Below are positions 30,152 through 40,987 of a stretch of DNA of 64,000 nucleotides, one piece after another (position 1 is the stretch's first letter; each line of letters opens with the position of its first letter). The stretch spans positions 3,658-67,657 of IMG/VR virus record IMGVR_UViG_3300035661_000056; one strand, written 5' to 3'. The stretch comes from a virus. A program made the translations under genes and the position numbers. Under the pieces are notes generated by a model. That model worked only from the letters and a program-made list of their open reading frames with translations, did not search any database and was not told the origin of the DNA.

Positions 30152-30715
30152 TCATAATTTTCTTCGTGTATCTTTAGGTAGTTCTGAATATAGCCCGTAT
30201 AATATGTTAGCCATACCCATATGTAGTATTCCTGCGTATCTAACAGATTCATCGGGCATTATTAATGTTTTAAATCTACTAGGTATTCCTTTTACATCAA
30301 TTATTGCACCACCCGTACTAATAGGAAATATATTATTTATAGGATAAAACCTTAGTTTTGCTGAAGTACTTTTTTTATACTTAAATAGTTTACCATTACT
30401 ATCAATAAAGTAAGTACTGGAAGTACTTACTTTAATTAAATCTCCAAGAAAGAAAATAGCATTATGTAATCTATAAAGACTACCTCCTTCTTTTAAGATT
30501 TGGAGACGTCTAGAGGCTAAGGATGCTCCAGGTAGATTAGTATCATCAACGATCTGTAACTTACCCTTTAGTTCCCCGCCTCTTTCCGATTCACTATAAT
30601 AGTATAGTATTCCGTCTTCTTTATTAGGCTTATCCGGTAGTTTGAATACGGGATAGCTTATTTCCTGTAATGTTGTAGTATTCGTCAAAGTGTCCAAAAG
30701 AGTAGTCCTTTCCAA
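30152..30715 (-). CDS. Conserved T5-like hypothetical protein (start uncertain)
   Basis: Between pol and D10; IVDDTNLPG.SLASRRL, YFIDSNGKLF. Confidence 0.65.
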   Translation of the reverse strand: MERTTLLDTLTNTTTLQEISYPVFKLPDKPNKEDGILYYYSESERGGELKGKLQIVDDTNLPGASLASRRLQILKEGGSLYRLHNAIFFLGDLIKVSTSSTYFIDSNGKLFKYKKSTSAKLRFYPINNIFPISTGGAIIDVKGIPSRFKTLIMPDESVRYAGILHMGMANILYGLYSELPKDTRRKL

Positions 30716-31209
30716 TTTCTTGATCTACTCCAATAGGAGCCCCTATAATAGAACAACCACGATCTTTCTGAGTATTACGCTTTAGAATTTCGCAATACTC
30801 CTCTACGTGTTCTTCTTTTACTAATGCTACAATGGAGTCATGGACTAACATAAATATTTCCGCACATAATCCCTTTTGTTTAATTTCATTAGCTGTATCA
30901 ATAGCAGCTAATAAATTTACATCAGAAGCAATTGATTGCACTTCTGAGTTAATACCCGATCTAACCTCATGTGCAGCAATTCCAGCATCACTACTAAAAA
31001 CATTAATAAGACGACGTTTACGACCAAAGAAGCTATAGGTGTAACCATTGGCACGAATGAATTCTTCTCTAGTTTTAAGCCAATTTTTAAGTTTAGAGAA
31101 CTTTGTAAAGTAGGCTTTAATATCTTCTTTTGCGCGATCAACTCCGTAGTACTCTTTAGTTGCTTTACTAACTGTATCCGAAACTTTTTGCGGACCTGAG
31201 CCATATAAA
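30630..31209 (-). CDS. pol: DNA polymerase family A, exon 2
   Basis: LYGSGP...FGRKRRL...NSEVQSIASD...MLVHDSIV (motif C). Confidence 0.92.
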
Positions 31210-31558
31210 CATCTTAATCCATTATTACTAATGGGATGGACTATACCTTTATCTCTTTTCTACTATGTAATTAATTTCCATATAACCCCTCTTTATTTAA
31301 AGAAGGGAGAGATACTCGCCGTGTTATACCTCTCCCAAAAATATTATGGTATAGGTACACCTTAACCATAAGATTATCAAGAGTATTTTTGGTATCCCAG
31401 ACAACTTCCGTTCTGGAAGTTCTGTGAGTCTCTGAACCATTTGAAGGCATTCCTGCCAACTCTGGCTGCTGATTGACCTTAACTTAATAGTAGGCGTTCC
31501 AGCAATTGAGCGAGTTATTTTTCTAGTCGTCGCCGACTAGTGGGACCTTTATAGGTTA
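31210..31558 (-). mobile_element. Group I intron (349 nt, no homing endonuclease) in DNA polymerase motif B
   Basis: P1 GGGAU/GUCCC, P10 UAUAAA/UUUAUA, P AAUUGCUGGAA, Q AAUCAGCAG, R GUUCAGAGACU, S AAGGUAUAGUC, terminal G; splicing gives KAISFGI-LYG. Confidence 0.93.
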
Positions 31559-33273
31559 ATCCCGAATGAAATTGCTTTAGCACTTTGTCTCATTGAACCA
31601 TATAGCCGCTTAACATCAGCTACTTCGCACGGAAGATCAAATACCATTTTAGCAATAGTTGAGTGAAAATCGCCATGAGATTTAAATACCTCTTGTAGAT
31701 TTTTATCTCCACTTAGTACTGCAGCATAGTGCATTTCTGCAGTTTGTAAGTCCTGAGATACGATTACATATCCATCGGGAGCATAAATACACCCTTTAAT
31801 GATGGGATTATCTCTTGGAATTTGTTGCGCATTAAACTTTCCACTACTAGATAAACGACCGCTAGTAGTAAAAATGAGATTAAAATTAGTACGTATACGT
31901 CCATCTCTATCTAATTCTGGTAAAATCTTACTAATGTAAGTATTTTTAATTTTTCCTAGCTGTCTAACTTTTAGAATAGAAGCAGGAAGCGGGTGAAACT
32001 CGCTCAATTGTTCGAGTACCTCGGCATCCGTGCTAATTGCACCAGTAGCTGTCTTTTTACCGGTAGGGTCAAGTTTAACATAGTCAAATAATACTTTTCG
32101 TAGTTGTATTACAGAGTTTGGATTGAATATGATATTATCATCTTTTTCAAACTGCTTTACTTCTTCGTACTTGTATACTTCTTTTTTAGCTTCTTCAATC
32201 TCACGATCTAAGTATTCTTTCGCTAAAGTCATACGCTCTTTACTAATAGGAATACCTACTTCTTCCATATCCATTAGAAATAAAGTTCCAGGAATTAAAA
32301 GAGTATTGTATACATTTAGTAACTTTTTATTATTTTGTACCAAATCCCAAAATTTAGGGAATATAGTAATTGTTACTGCAGCATCAATCGCAGCATACAC
32401 GCAAATAATATCAAAAGGAATAAGATCATATGTAAAATCATCAACCAATATATTATTCTTAGTACAGTATGCGCTTTTAAATTCTTCTAGTGCTGCGTCA
32501 TAATCGCCATAGTCAGTATATTTTATAGCTAAAAATTTAAGACTATGACTCTCATTTTCATCTAATACATAGTGTAATAGCATTGTATCGTGTACTCTAG
32601 ACCTGTCAAACCGAAGATTTGTATGATACTCAATCATTTTCATGTCAAACTTCAAGTTATGGAAGACGATATGATAAGTATCTATAATACTCTGTAGAAG
32701 CTGCATACATTCTTCGTCTAGACAATCTGTGCTAATATAAGCACCATGTTTAGGTTTATACGCAATAGAGATACCTAAGATATATCCATCTCGTGGATAT
32801 AGACAAGTAGTTTCAGTATCTATTGCTACAAATCCTTGTGCATTCTGCAGCACTTCTTCTAGAAACTCTTTGGCTTGCTGAGTTTCTATAATACCGACAT
32901 AGTGTCCGTCTAGTTTAGTAGGTTTTAGTTCTCCAGATACAAATTTATGTATCATTGAGCATGCCCTATCAAAATCGGCTTTACCTTCTGGTTTAAATAC
33001 TAAAGCAGCGGGATTACTAATACAGATGAATTTATCGTTTACGATCTGACCCGCCATATTAGTAATACTAGTAATCTTAGCATATTCTTTTGCAGCCTCA
33101 CTACCTACTAGAATTACTAGATCAAATTCACTATGGTCAAACTCTAGATCAACATCCCTTTTTAGCAATTTAGTGATAGGAATTGAACTCATATGAAATA
33201 CTTCAAACTCGAATTTAAAGTATTTACTATATACAGTCTTGCTAGGGCATTTATCAATTAGGGCTATTTTCAT
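31559..33273 (-). CDS. pol: DNA polymerase family A, exon 1
   Basis: DTET, HNLKFD, YAAID exonuclease motifs; TSGRLSS; DLQTAEMH; RQSAKAISFG. Confidence 0.95.
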
Positions 33274-34130
33274 TTAATATACTCAATTATTTCATTTATA
33301 TCATCTTGAGTTGATTCACCAGGGTCAGAGCCATCTGCTACGTTAATAATGTCTACTTCAAAGCCTGCCGCTTCGATTAGTGGAACAAGTTTATCTCTCG
33401 CCTCTCTGCCTGGGTCATCTCCATCATACATGATATATACTTTCGATACCCCTGCTGCTTTATATGGTAATAGCTTTTCAGCAGTATTATTAAATAGACC
33501 ACTAGTGCCGAAGGTACAGACTACATTTTTCAATCCCTTATCCCATAGATTAAGCATATCAAATATACCTTCTACTATAATAATACAGTGCTGCTTTTCT
33601 TGGAATTTAGTAGGATATAGAGATAATTCACAATGTGTAGGATAAGTCTTGTATCTTGGGTTTCCGTTAGAATTTAGATGCCTACCAACATAGGCTGTAA
33701 CTTTATTACGAACATCTCTAATTGGAAAAATAATACGGTCTACTAACTCAGGTACTTTATCTGTAATAAAAGCGCCAAATTCTTTTAGGGTTTGAGAACT
33801 AATATTACGGTGTACTCCATTAAACGGCCTTGCTCCATCTAATGGCTTTAATCCATTAGTATTTACACTAAGTACTCGTAGCTTTTCTTTAATTTTAGAA
33901 ACACGAATAGACGCATTATTAGATAACTCACCATAGTGCTTAAATAGGTTAAATTTAAACCCACAAGCAAAACAATGAGCAACTCCAGTAATTCGGTCAA
34001 TTCTAAAACTTGGATTAGTATCTGTATGTTCAGGGTTAAAACATTTTGTTACATAATCTTTGCCTGATAGTGTATATGGTATATTATGACTTACTAATAG
34101 TTCTACTACTGTTTTATTGCTCATATACAT
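33270..34130 (-). CDS. DNA primase
   Basis: C..PEH.D..PS / CFACG zinc finger, VEGIFD, YDGDDPG TOPRIM. Confidence 0.92.
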   Translation of the reverse strand: MYMSNKTVVELLVSHNIPYTLSGKDYVTKCFNPEHTDTNPSFRIDRITGVAHCFACGFKFNLFKHYGELSNNASIRVSKIKEKLRVLSVNTNGLKPLDGARPFNGVHRNISSQTLKEFGAFITDKVPELVDRIIFPIRDVRNKVTAYVGRHLNSNGNPRYKTYPTHCELSLYPTKFQEKQHCIIIVEGIFDMLNLWDKGLKNVVCTFGTSGLFNNTAEKLLPYKAAGVSKVYIMYDGDDPGREARDKLVPLIEAAGFEVDIINVADGSDPGESTQDDINEIIEYIK

Positions 34131-34290
34131 GTCTTAAAAGATATTCTACTACACGTTCTGGCTCTAGACGAAATACTTGGTCTGGTGTATCTCCTCCAAA
34201 TGCTGTATTTTCTCCATGCCACCATTGTTCTACTAGTTCAGCTGAACCAACTAGGGCTAATACTACCTTATCTAAGTCATATTCTATCAT
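34114..34290 (-). CDS. Small protein resembling the Xre/MbcA/ParS antitoxin C-terminal domain (not in ORF track)
   Basis: 58 aa MIEYDLDKVVLALVGSAELVEQWWHGENTAFGGDTPDQVF...; ATGA overlap with helicase stop. Confidence 0.55.
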   Translation of the reverse strand: MIEYDLDKVVLALVGSAELVEQWWHGENTAFGGDTPDQVFRLEPERVVEYLLRHVYEQ

Positions 34291-35675
34291 TTTGATTCCC
34301 AGGGTAAATCACTAGCAGGTTCATGACCTGTACTAGTATTGTCATAGGTTTTCTTACCTTTGGCTTTCTTTTCTTCCTTATTTGGTTTTTCCACTGACTG
34401 AGGACTAATTCGTAACGTGTCCCAGTTCATACCACTAGTAAATTTCATTTCTTTAGCTCCGCGAATCTTAGTGGTATCGAAACTAATAGCATTATCTTCT
34501 TTAGCATTAGCATCTAGAATTAAAGCAACGTCAGCCGCATCTAGAATACCTTTAGCAAAGCGCGCTTCTCCAGATTCATCAATCTGATAAGGAGATACCA
34601 CTAGAATATCGTGCTTGCGAGCCATTTCTTTCAGCTTTTTAGAAACAGTGATTTGTGGTTGCCAGTCAAACTGACTACCCCCTTCGACTACGATCTGATT
34701 TAAATAGTCAACTACTGCTACCGTAAAAGAATCCCCAAACTTAGATTTAATTTTACCTAAATGTAAGTCTAAACTACTTAGGGATAGTGCACGATCATCA
34801 ATAATAATCATTTGATTATTAGGCTTTAATTCACATTGTTTAACTAAAGTTTCTTCGAATCGGTACTGGTCTCTATCTTTTATAAACTGATTGACATATG
34901 GTTGAGCATCAATAAACATATCTGCTCTAGCCTTAACAACGCTTAATATTTCTGCATCTGTTAAAGTTCCATTTTTTAAATTCTGGTGATTTACATTTGC
35001 AAGAATACTCATATTACGCTGAAGCGTTTCATGAGCAATCATTTCAATAGTAAAATAAACACTTGTAAATCCTGCCTCATACTGATTAACTTGTATATTA
35101 CTACTTACTAAAGATTTACCTGAACCTCTCCTGCCACCAATAAGTATAAGTTCTTGTCTTGCTCCTCGTACAACTGAATCAAATGTATTATTAAGCCCAA
35201 GATATACTGTATTTTTAGCCAACTCATCTGGTTTAACAAATACCATGATGTTATTCATACTAAAGACACCTTCAGTAGTTAGAGTTTTTTCATCTAACTT
35301 CATCACTATATTAGCTAAATTTTCTTTTATTTCTAGTGTATCGTATAAGGGCAATTTATCAATAAATTTATCTAGTAAATCTATTGTAGTATTTTGTGTA
35401 TATAAATCAATTAGAGCATCTAATGCAACTTCTGCAGAAATATCTTCCTGATCCGCTAATTTAATAGCTGCTAGCATTTTTTCTGCGGAACTATCTCTAG
35501 ACGAGGCCTCTAGTTCATCAAAACTAGGTATTGAGCCGTATTTTTCATAATGTTTACTAATTAGTGCATATACTGATGAATAAGCTGCATCTAAAAAAGA
35601 TAATTTAAGTTTACTCCAACACTCTAAGTTTGATTCTGATATTAGCTTATTTAGAAGAGTTGCAGAAATATCCAT
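34287..35675 (-). CDS. D6: DnaB-like replicative helicase (T5 D6-like)
   Basis: GGRRGSGKS, FTIEM, VVDYLNQ, SPYQ, ARFAKGILDAAD. Confidence 0.92.
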   Translation of the reverse strand: MDISATLLNKLISESNLECWSKLKLSFLDAAYSSVYALISKHYEKYGSIPSFDELEASSRDSSAEKMLAAIKLADQEDISAEVALDALIDLYTQNTTIDLLDKFIDKLPLYDTLEIKENLANIVMKLDEKTLTTEGVFSMNNIMVFVKPDELAKNTVYLGLNNTFDSVVRGARQELILIGGRRGSGKSLVSSNIQVNQYEAGFTSVYFTIEMIAHETLQRNMSILANVNHQNLKNGTLTDAEILSVVKARADMFIDAQPYVNQFIKDRDQYRFEETLVKQCELKPNNQMIIIDDRALSLSSLDLHLGKIKSKFGDSFTVAVVDYLNQIVVEGGSQFDWQPQITVSKKLKEMARKHDILVVSPYQIDESGEARFAKGILDAADVALILDANAKEDNAISFDTTKIRGAKEMKFTSGMNWDTLRISPQSVEKPNKEEKKAKGKKTYDNTSTGHEPASDLPWESK

Positions 35676-35974
35676 TAAGCTACTTTAGATTCGTTGTCAA
35701 TTATAACCTGGTCTAAAATCTCACTTAATTTATAGAGTATTTCGCCACGTAATTTTTGTAATTTACTAGCATAGGCAAATTTATCTTCATAGAGTAGACT
35801 AAGTTGTTCGTGTGTTATCATACACTGTAATGCAAAATAAATCAAATCATGAGGTTTGGCGCTATCTGGCATAACTTGCACATTAGCAGACTTTCCATAG
35901 TTATTAGTGGCTAACTTTACAATTTCTTCTACTGTAAAAGCAGTGTCGTCGTTATATGTTATTGTTACGTGCAT
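35675..35974 (-). CDS. Hypothetical protein
   Basis: 99-aa ORF translationally coupled to the helicase. Confidence 0.6.
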   Translation of the reverse strand: MHVTITYNDDTAFTVEEIVKLATNNYGKSANVQVMPDSAKPHDLIYFALQCMITHEQLSLLYEDKFAYASKLQKLRGEILYKLSEILDQVIIDNESKVA

Positions 35975-36221
35975 TTACTTCCATCCTTACAAAGATATCA
36001 TTATTTTATATAACGATACTAAATTTTCACAACTTAATGTAATAAACAAGAGCCATTTATGTCTAGTATATTATGTTAAAGTACAATTCCCTACCTTTGA
36101 CTGAAATTCTACTTTAGCATCACAATTTTGACATCATATATAAACTAAATTGAATCTGGCCTTCTTCAAGAAGGAAAGGCCAGGAGCTACTACTAAACTC
36201 CTGGCCCTTTAATCCTTGCAA

Positions 36222-36968
36222 TTAAGCAGTAGTTTTACCTTCAGCTTTTGCTTTTTTAGCTTGACCATCGTAGTCGGCAACTTTAATACCACGACGAGTT
36301 AGTAGTGTTTTAATACCCCTAGGACTCTTATCCACAGCTACAGCAATTTCATCTACAGTCATGGATTTAATAGAATCACCTAGAGCATCAACCGGGTCTA
36401 CTGTATTCTTTGCGTGACTTTCTTTTTGTGCAGGAATTTTTTCGATCATACCTTTACGAGACAGGCTCAGGGCTTTACCACGCACACTAGCAATAGTTTT
36501 GTTAAGAGCCGTAGCAATGTCTTCAATAAAACTACCCGCTTTAACCATTTTAACAAATGTAGCTTCTTCACTTTCGCTATACTTTGTTGCCACTTCAATT
36601 TTATCTGCTGGGCGAACAAAAGAAGTCAATTCTAGAGCTAGTAGTTTACCTTGAACCTGTTTTGCACTGAAATTACCCGGGAATTGTTCGGCAATTTCTT
36701 TATAAGTTAACTTTCCTGCATTTGCCTGTACAAAAGTAGCTAGTGCGCTACTTTCTTCAGTAGTAAAAGTAGGTGCTTTAGTTGTAGCCATGCTAGCAAC
36801 TTCACGGTCTAATTGACGTAGTTTAGACGCAACAGAGCGGGTAGTTACTCCTAGTGTTTCTGCAGCTTGTTCTACAAGCGCTACACTGACTGGAGATGTG
36901 TTACCTACAATACTAAGTAGAGTAGATACTGATTCGTTATTCCATTTTTTAGATTTAGTTTCGGTCAT
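36222..36968 (-). CDS. D5: DNA-binding protein (T5 D5-like)
   Basis: Repeated HTH-like units RSVASKLR / KQVQGKLLALEL / SVRGKALSL / RGIKTLLTRRG. Confidence 0.88.
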   Translation of the reverse strand: MTETKSKKWNNESVSTLLSIVGNTSPVSVALVEQAAETLGVTTRSVASKLRQLDREVASMATTKAPTFTTEESSALATFVQANAGKLTYKEIAEQFPGNFSAKQVQGKLLALELTSFVRPADKIEVATKYSESEEATFVKMVKAGSFIEDIATALNKTIASVRGKALSLSRKGMIEKIPAQKESHAKNTVDPVDALGDSIKSMTVDEIAVAVDKSPRGIKTLLTRRGIKVADYDGQAKKAKAEGKTTA

Positions 36969-37720
36969 TTTTGTTTCTCTTTCAGAAGATCATTTAGATC
37001 AGTTATAATTGTTATGCCGTAGGCTACGGCTTTATTGCGCTTTGTTGAACCTTTGCCCTCTTCGTCTATTAGATAATCAATTGTTTTAGTTACTGAATCT
37101 ACTAGAATGAATCCTGCGGCAGATAGCGCTCCCTCTGCGTCGGATTTCTTTTTATAGGACTTTAATTTTCCTGTAATACAAACACGTTTTGCATTTGTAT
37201 CTTTCACTTGTATATTACCATCAAAAGTAAACGGTAAAAACTCTTTTAGTTCTTGGTACTCTGTACGAACCCAATTTAATAGATTCTCAGTCACCTTAGC
37301 ACCTAGACCTGCTATCTTGCAGGTTTCTTCGTTAATTTCATCAATGCTAGTTACTACAGTAGCAATCTTCTTGCTTGCTGTTATCCCTACTAAGGGTATA
37401 CCAAAACTAGCTAAAACAACGTCAAGAGATGCTGATTTAGCTCTCTCAATCTCGTCTAGCAATTTAATTGCTAGCTTTTCACCGATAATGCCCGCTAATT
37501 CATCCTTATCAAGGTAGAATAATTCGGTTAAATCAGCCAGATTAAGTTTTTCGATTGTAACCTTACCTAAGCCCTTAATGCTAAGTGTTTTAGCAAAATG
37601 TTCTACTTGCTTATTCAGGCGAGCATCACAGGCAGTATTTTTACAAAAAATCTGATCGTTTACCCACACTAAGGTTGACGAACATGCTGGGCATAAAGTT
37701 GGTATGTTAATATCTTGCAT
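36965..37720 (-). CDS. ligB: NAD-dependent DNA ligase subunit B
   Basis: CPAC..C..C zinc finger, HhH motifs, BRCT (CITGKL...VTK). Confidence 0.92.
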   Translation of the reverse strand: MQDINIPTLCPACSSTLVWVNDQIFCKNTACDARLNKQVEHFAKTLSIKGLGKVTIEKLNLADLTELFYLDKDELAGIIGEKLAIKLLDEIERAKSASLDVVLASFGIPLVGITASKKIATVVTSIDEINEETCKIAGLGAKVTENLLNWVRTEYQELKEFLPFTFDGNIQVKDTNAKRVCITGKLKSYKKKSDAEGALSAAGFILVDSVTKTIDYLIDEEGKGSTKRNKAVAYGITIITDLNDLLKEKQK

Positions 37721-37742
37721 TACTATCTCGTTTTGTTCATAT

Positions 37743-37771
37743 ATTATAAATCATTAGGGAACGCTTCGCAA
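37743..37771 (-). promoter_or_regulatory. sigma70-type promoter upstream of ligB
   Basis: TTGCGA-17bp-TATAAT. Confidence 0.65.
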
Positions 37772-37914
37772 GTTCATTTTTCTGATGGTATTAAGTTGTC
37801 ACTTTATGCGCCTTAAATATTGGTTTATAAATATCTATTGTCATAGTTACTTCGTATAGCTTATTACAGTATAAGTTAGGTAACCTGTTAGTATAGATTA
37901 TATTGCCTATTACT

Positions 37915-38859
37915 CTAATCTACTCGGTGAATAATCTTAGGTATTACCTCACCACCCATTATTATAGCAACCGTACAGCCTACTCTAAGGTCAAGCATTT
38001 CAATATATCTTGGATTATTCAAAGTAGCTCTAGATACCAGCTTATCTCCAATATATACAGGTTTTAGAATAGCAGTAGGGGTAACCTTACCAGAGCGACC
38101 AGTGTTCCACTCTACGCCTAGTAGTTCTGTCTCAACAGCTTCTTTACGAACCTTAATTGCATAAGCTCCACGAGGAAATTTCGCTGTGTACCCAAGAGCT
38201 TCAAACTCTGCATTACTGTTCACTCGATGTACAATACCATCAGTCTCATAGATTAAGTCTAATTCTGGAGTACATACTGTACTAAATCCAACTGATTCTA
38301 GAAATTGCATATCTTTACGATATGTACTAAACTGGAAAGGATAGACACCATATGCAAAGAAACTAATTGCACGTAAGCAAAATTCACTAGAGTCTTTTAA
38401 GTTAAGAGCACCTGCTGCGTAATTGCGGCTATTTTCAATATGTTTTGGAGCAACAACTTCTCCAGTCACTTGAAGCACACCCTTAGCGCTAATCTGTAGA
38501 GGAACCAAATTTTTTCTAGCGATAACATGTTCAGTGATATCCCTACCCTCTACACCATCACCTCTAGTTAATACTCGGACTAATTTCCCTTCTAAGTATA
38601 AAATAGATATAGCAGCACCATCTAGTTTAAGGCTAGGAATACAGTCATATCCCTCTAGTGGACGCTTTTGCTCTCCTTCGTAGTATTTCTGTAGACTCCA
38701 CATGGGAAATAAGTGCCTGCACGTATTTCCATGTTGTTTTGCTCCAATTTTGGAGTACCCAATAGACTCAGATAGAAGATCAAACTCCTCATCACTGATA
38801 ATAGGCTCTCCCATATAGTATTTAACGGACGCTTCATCTAAATATTCTTTAATGTTCAT
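37915..38859 (-). CDS. ligA: NAD-dependent DNA ligase subunit A
   Basis: YYMGEPIISDEEFD, KLDG, TRGDG, GEV, RNYAAG, TDGIV, GEVIP. Confidence 0.95.
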   Translation of the reverse strand: MNIKEYLDEASVKYYMGEPIISDEEFDLLSESIGYSKIGAKQHGNTCRHLFPMWSLQKYYEGEQKRPLEGYDCIPSLKLDGAAISILYLEGKLVRVLTRGDGVEGRDITEHVIARKNLVPLQISAKGVLQVTGEVVAPKHIENSRNYAAGALNLKDSSEFCLRAISFFAYGVYPFQFSTYRKDMQFLESVGFSTVCTPELDLIYETDGIVHRVNSNAEFEALGYTAKFPRGAYAIKVRKEAVETELLGVEWNTGRSGKVTPTAILKPVYIGDKLVSRATLNNPRYIEMLDLRVGCTVAIIMGGEVIPKIIHRVD

Positions 38860-38874
38860 AAGATATATTATATA

Positions 38875-39171
38875 CTAAACAATCGGACTATTCAAGTCAA
38901 TAATTTTGTCACTAAAATATGTACTGATTGCTTCTATTGCTTCTTCCTTTGATACTATCTCTAGTAATCCGTCAAGTAGTGAGTATATATTACTCATTGA
39001 GGCAAGCATACTTACGCCCTCTTTAGAAGGTAGGTACTCTCCCTCATAACTAAGAAAATATTTTCTTATGTGTATATACTGTTCTCCGCGAAACTCACTG
39101 CAAACTAACCTTAATTGGTATGCTTTAGCTTCATTTTCATAGATAGTTTTTTCATAAAGTTCTTTATGCAT
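38875..39171 (-). CDS. PC4-like ssDNA-binding / transcription coactivator protein
   Basis: SEFRGEQYIHIRKYF...PSKEGVS. Confidence 0.8.
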   Translation of the reverse strand: MHKELYEKTIYENEAKAYQLRLVCSEFRGEQYIHIRKYFLSYEGEYLPSKEGVSMLASMSNIYSLLDGLLEIVSKEEAIEAISTYFSDKIIDLNSPIV

Positions 39172-39297
39172 TAGGAATACCTCTCATTTTAAGTTCCCTT
39201 TGCATATCCAACATTTTGTATCAATAATCATAATAATACCATTCATTATACAGACAATAAATAAGTATATACAGTATACTTTGACTGCTACATATAG

Positions 39298-39915
39298 CTA
39301 TATTCTTACTCCTAGTTTACGTAGGTGTTCTAGAGAAGCTAGCTCATAGCTTTCAGTATATGCGTATTGTTTCCACTTATCTGCCAGAAGCCAGATACGG
39401 TATACATAACCATACCTAGAATCCTCTATTTCTCTATCAATTCTAGCAATAGAGTCATACCTAGCGGAATACACTGTTTCACCAATCGAGAAACGATTTC
39501 GTATAGCCTCATCAGGTAATAGTTCTGGCTTAAAGTAGTCATGGGAACTTGCACGTAGTGGTACAGCATATTTTTCAAGTATATTTTTAATAAATAAAGC
39601 TGACCTAAATGTTAAACGTGTTAGCGAATCAATTGTAGCTCCTTCTAAGTATTCACTAATTATAAATACTACTTCATCAGTTGTGGCAGGTTTTCCTCGT
39701 AGAGCAGCCCTACGTTCTGCATCTTTAATTTTCTTTTCTTTGTATTTTTCGATAAGGTTGGCAAGCCTTGTAACATTATAAGAAATGCCAAGTATTTGGC
39801 AAGCTTCTTTTTTTGTACAGGGTTTGCCCTCTTTAGGTTCAAGTAACGAAATAACCTTATCCATATGTACATCATCTAGACGTTCCTCTTCACTTTTTGC
39901 GCGTCTTGTTGCCAT
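39298..39915 (-). CDS. D2: T5 D2-like protein
   Basis: TKKEACQILGISYN, YLEG.TI, FRS..FIKNILEKY; synteny. Confidence 0.8.
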   Translation of the reverse strand: MATRRAKSEEERLDDVHMDKVISLLEPKEGKPCTKKEACQILGISYNVTRLANLIEKYKEKKIKDAERRAALRGKPATTDEVVFIISEYLEGATIDSLTRLTFRSALFIKNILEKYAVPLRASSHDYFKPELLPDEAIRNRFSIGETVYSARYDSIARIDREIEDSRYGYVYRIWLLADKWKQYAYTESYELASLEHLRKLGVRI

Positions 39916-39968
39916 AATTTTCCTTAAAAGATTATTATAATACTTTTAGTATATGAAAACAAGGGTAT

Positions 39969-40202
39969 TTAATCGTACCTTAAGAAGTGTTGTAATTTAT
40001 CAAAATCTCCGATATAAGTACTTCCCTCAAAGATCTGAGGGACAGATTTTGCATTAGGCACCCGTTCTTTTAGTTTTACTACTGGAACATAAATTTTATC
40101 TTCTTCTTGTTTTTGTCCAATATTAAGAATGAGCTCAAGGTAGGTATGGCCCTTGGACTTTATAAGAGCCTTAGCTTGCTCACAGTAAGTACACCCTGGT
40201 TG
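39969..40202 (-). other. Glutaredoxin-fold core of ORF 39969-40223
   Basis: CTYC redox motif, SVPQIF, YIG. Confidence 0.5.
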
Positions 40203-40223
40203 TGTATAGATAGTGAAAATCAT
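39969..40223 (-). CDS. Glutaredoxin
   Basis: IYTQPGCTYC...VPQIF...YIG. Confidence 0.9.
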   Translation of the reverse strand: MIFTIYTQPGCTYCEQAKALIKSKGHTYLELILNIGQKQEEDKIYVPVVKLKERVPNAKSVPQIFEGSTYIGDFDKLQHFLRYD

Positions 40224-40523
40224 GTTAAAATTACCACCAAAATAGGTTCTTGCATAATCTGTATAGCCTTTAGTAGGGTTGATTCAATAATAAAATTTTG
40301 CAGGTTTGGCGCAGGCATATTTTCTTTGGTAGTATTAAGGCCGAGTACGAGATAGCAATCATAACCCAATATTAGCAGATATGTAAAATACAACCATCTG
40401 TTATTTTATATAGCGGGAAACTATACACGTATGTATAGTTTCCCGCTATAGTTGCTAGCACTTTATCTACTATTGAAATTATACTCATTTAATAATGAAA
40501 AAGGCAGCCGAAGCTGCCTAGTA

Positions 40524-40877
40524 TTAGGAAAATACGCTAACCAGGTAAGCGGCTGCTTTACCTGTAAGTTTGCTAAGAATTTCATCATCAGCAGTCTTAC
40601 CGCGTCCTTCGATCAATTCCTTGAGGGCAGCAATTTGTGCTTCTTTTGAAACACGAGGAGCTTTATCTCCTGATTTAGTGGACGTACCTTTAGTACCTGC
40701 CACTACGTCTTTCTTTACGTAAACTCCTGCTTGAACTAGTACTTGACGTACACCATTGGCAGATTGCTCCATATCTTCTGCAATTTCTTTTACCAATTCA
40801 GTAGAATTTTCGGCTGTAGGTTCTCCTGCCAGGTATGCTTCAATTACTTGTTTCTTTTGTTCGTCGGTCCAGGCCAT
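40524..40877 (-). CDS. D3: T5 D3-like DNA-binding protein
   Basis: WTDE, NGVRQVL..AGVYVKK, KLTGKAAAYL. Confidence 0.85.
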   Translation of the reverse strand: MAWTDEQKKQVIEAYLAGEPTAENSTELVKEIAEDMEQSANGVRQVLVQAGVYVKKDVVAGTKGTSTKSGDKAPRVSKEAQIAALKELIEGRGKTADDEILSKLTGKAAAYLVSVFS

Positions 40878-40906
40878 TTTATATGTCTTTCTAGGTTTGT
40901 GGTTGA

Positions 40907-40981
40907 TGGTGCTCTCGTCCAGAATCGAACTGAATTCTCAGGTTTACAAGACCCGTACATCGCCAGCAATGCTTCAAGAGC
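40907..40981 (-). tRNA. tRNA-Thr(UGU)
   Basis: Cloverleaf, anticodon loop CUUGUAA, encoded CCA. Confidence 0.85.
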
Positions 40982-40987
40982 TATAAA

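Noticed and set aside
30630-33273. Pseudogene or stop-codon recoding explanation for split pol (and nrdJ)
   Set aside because: Group I introns restore both frames exactly; other genes use the standard code and no suppressor tRNA is seen
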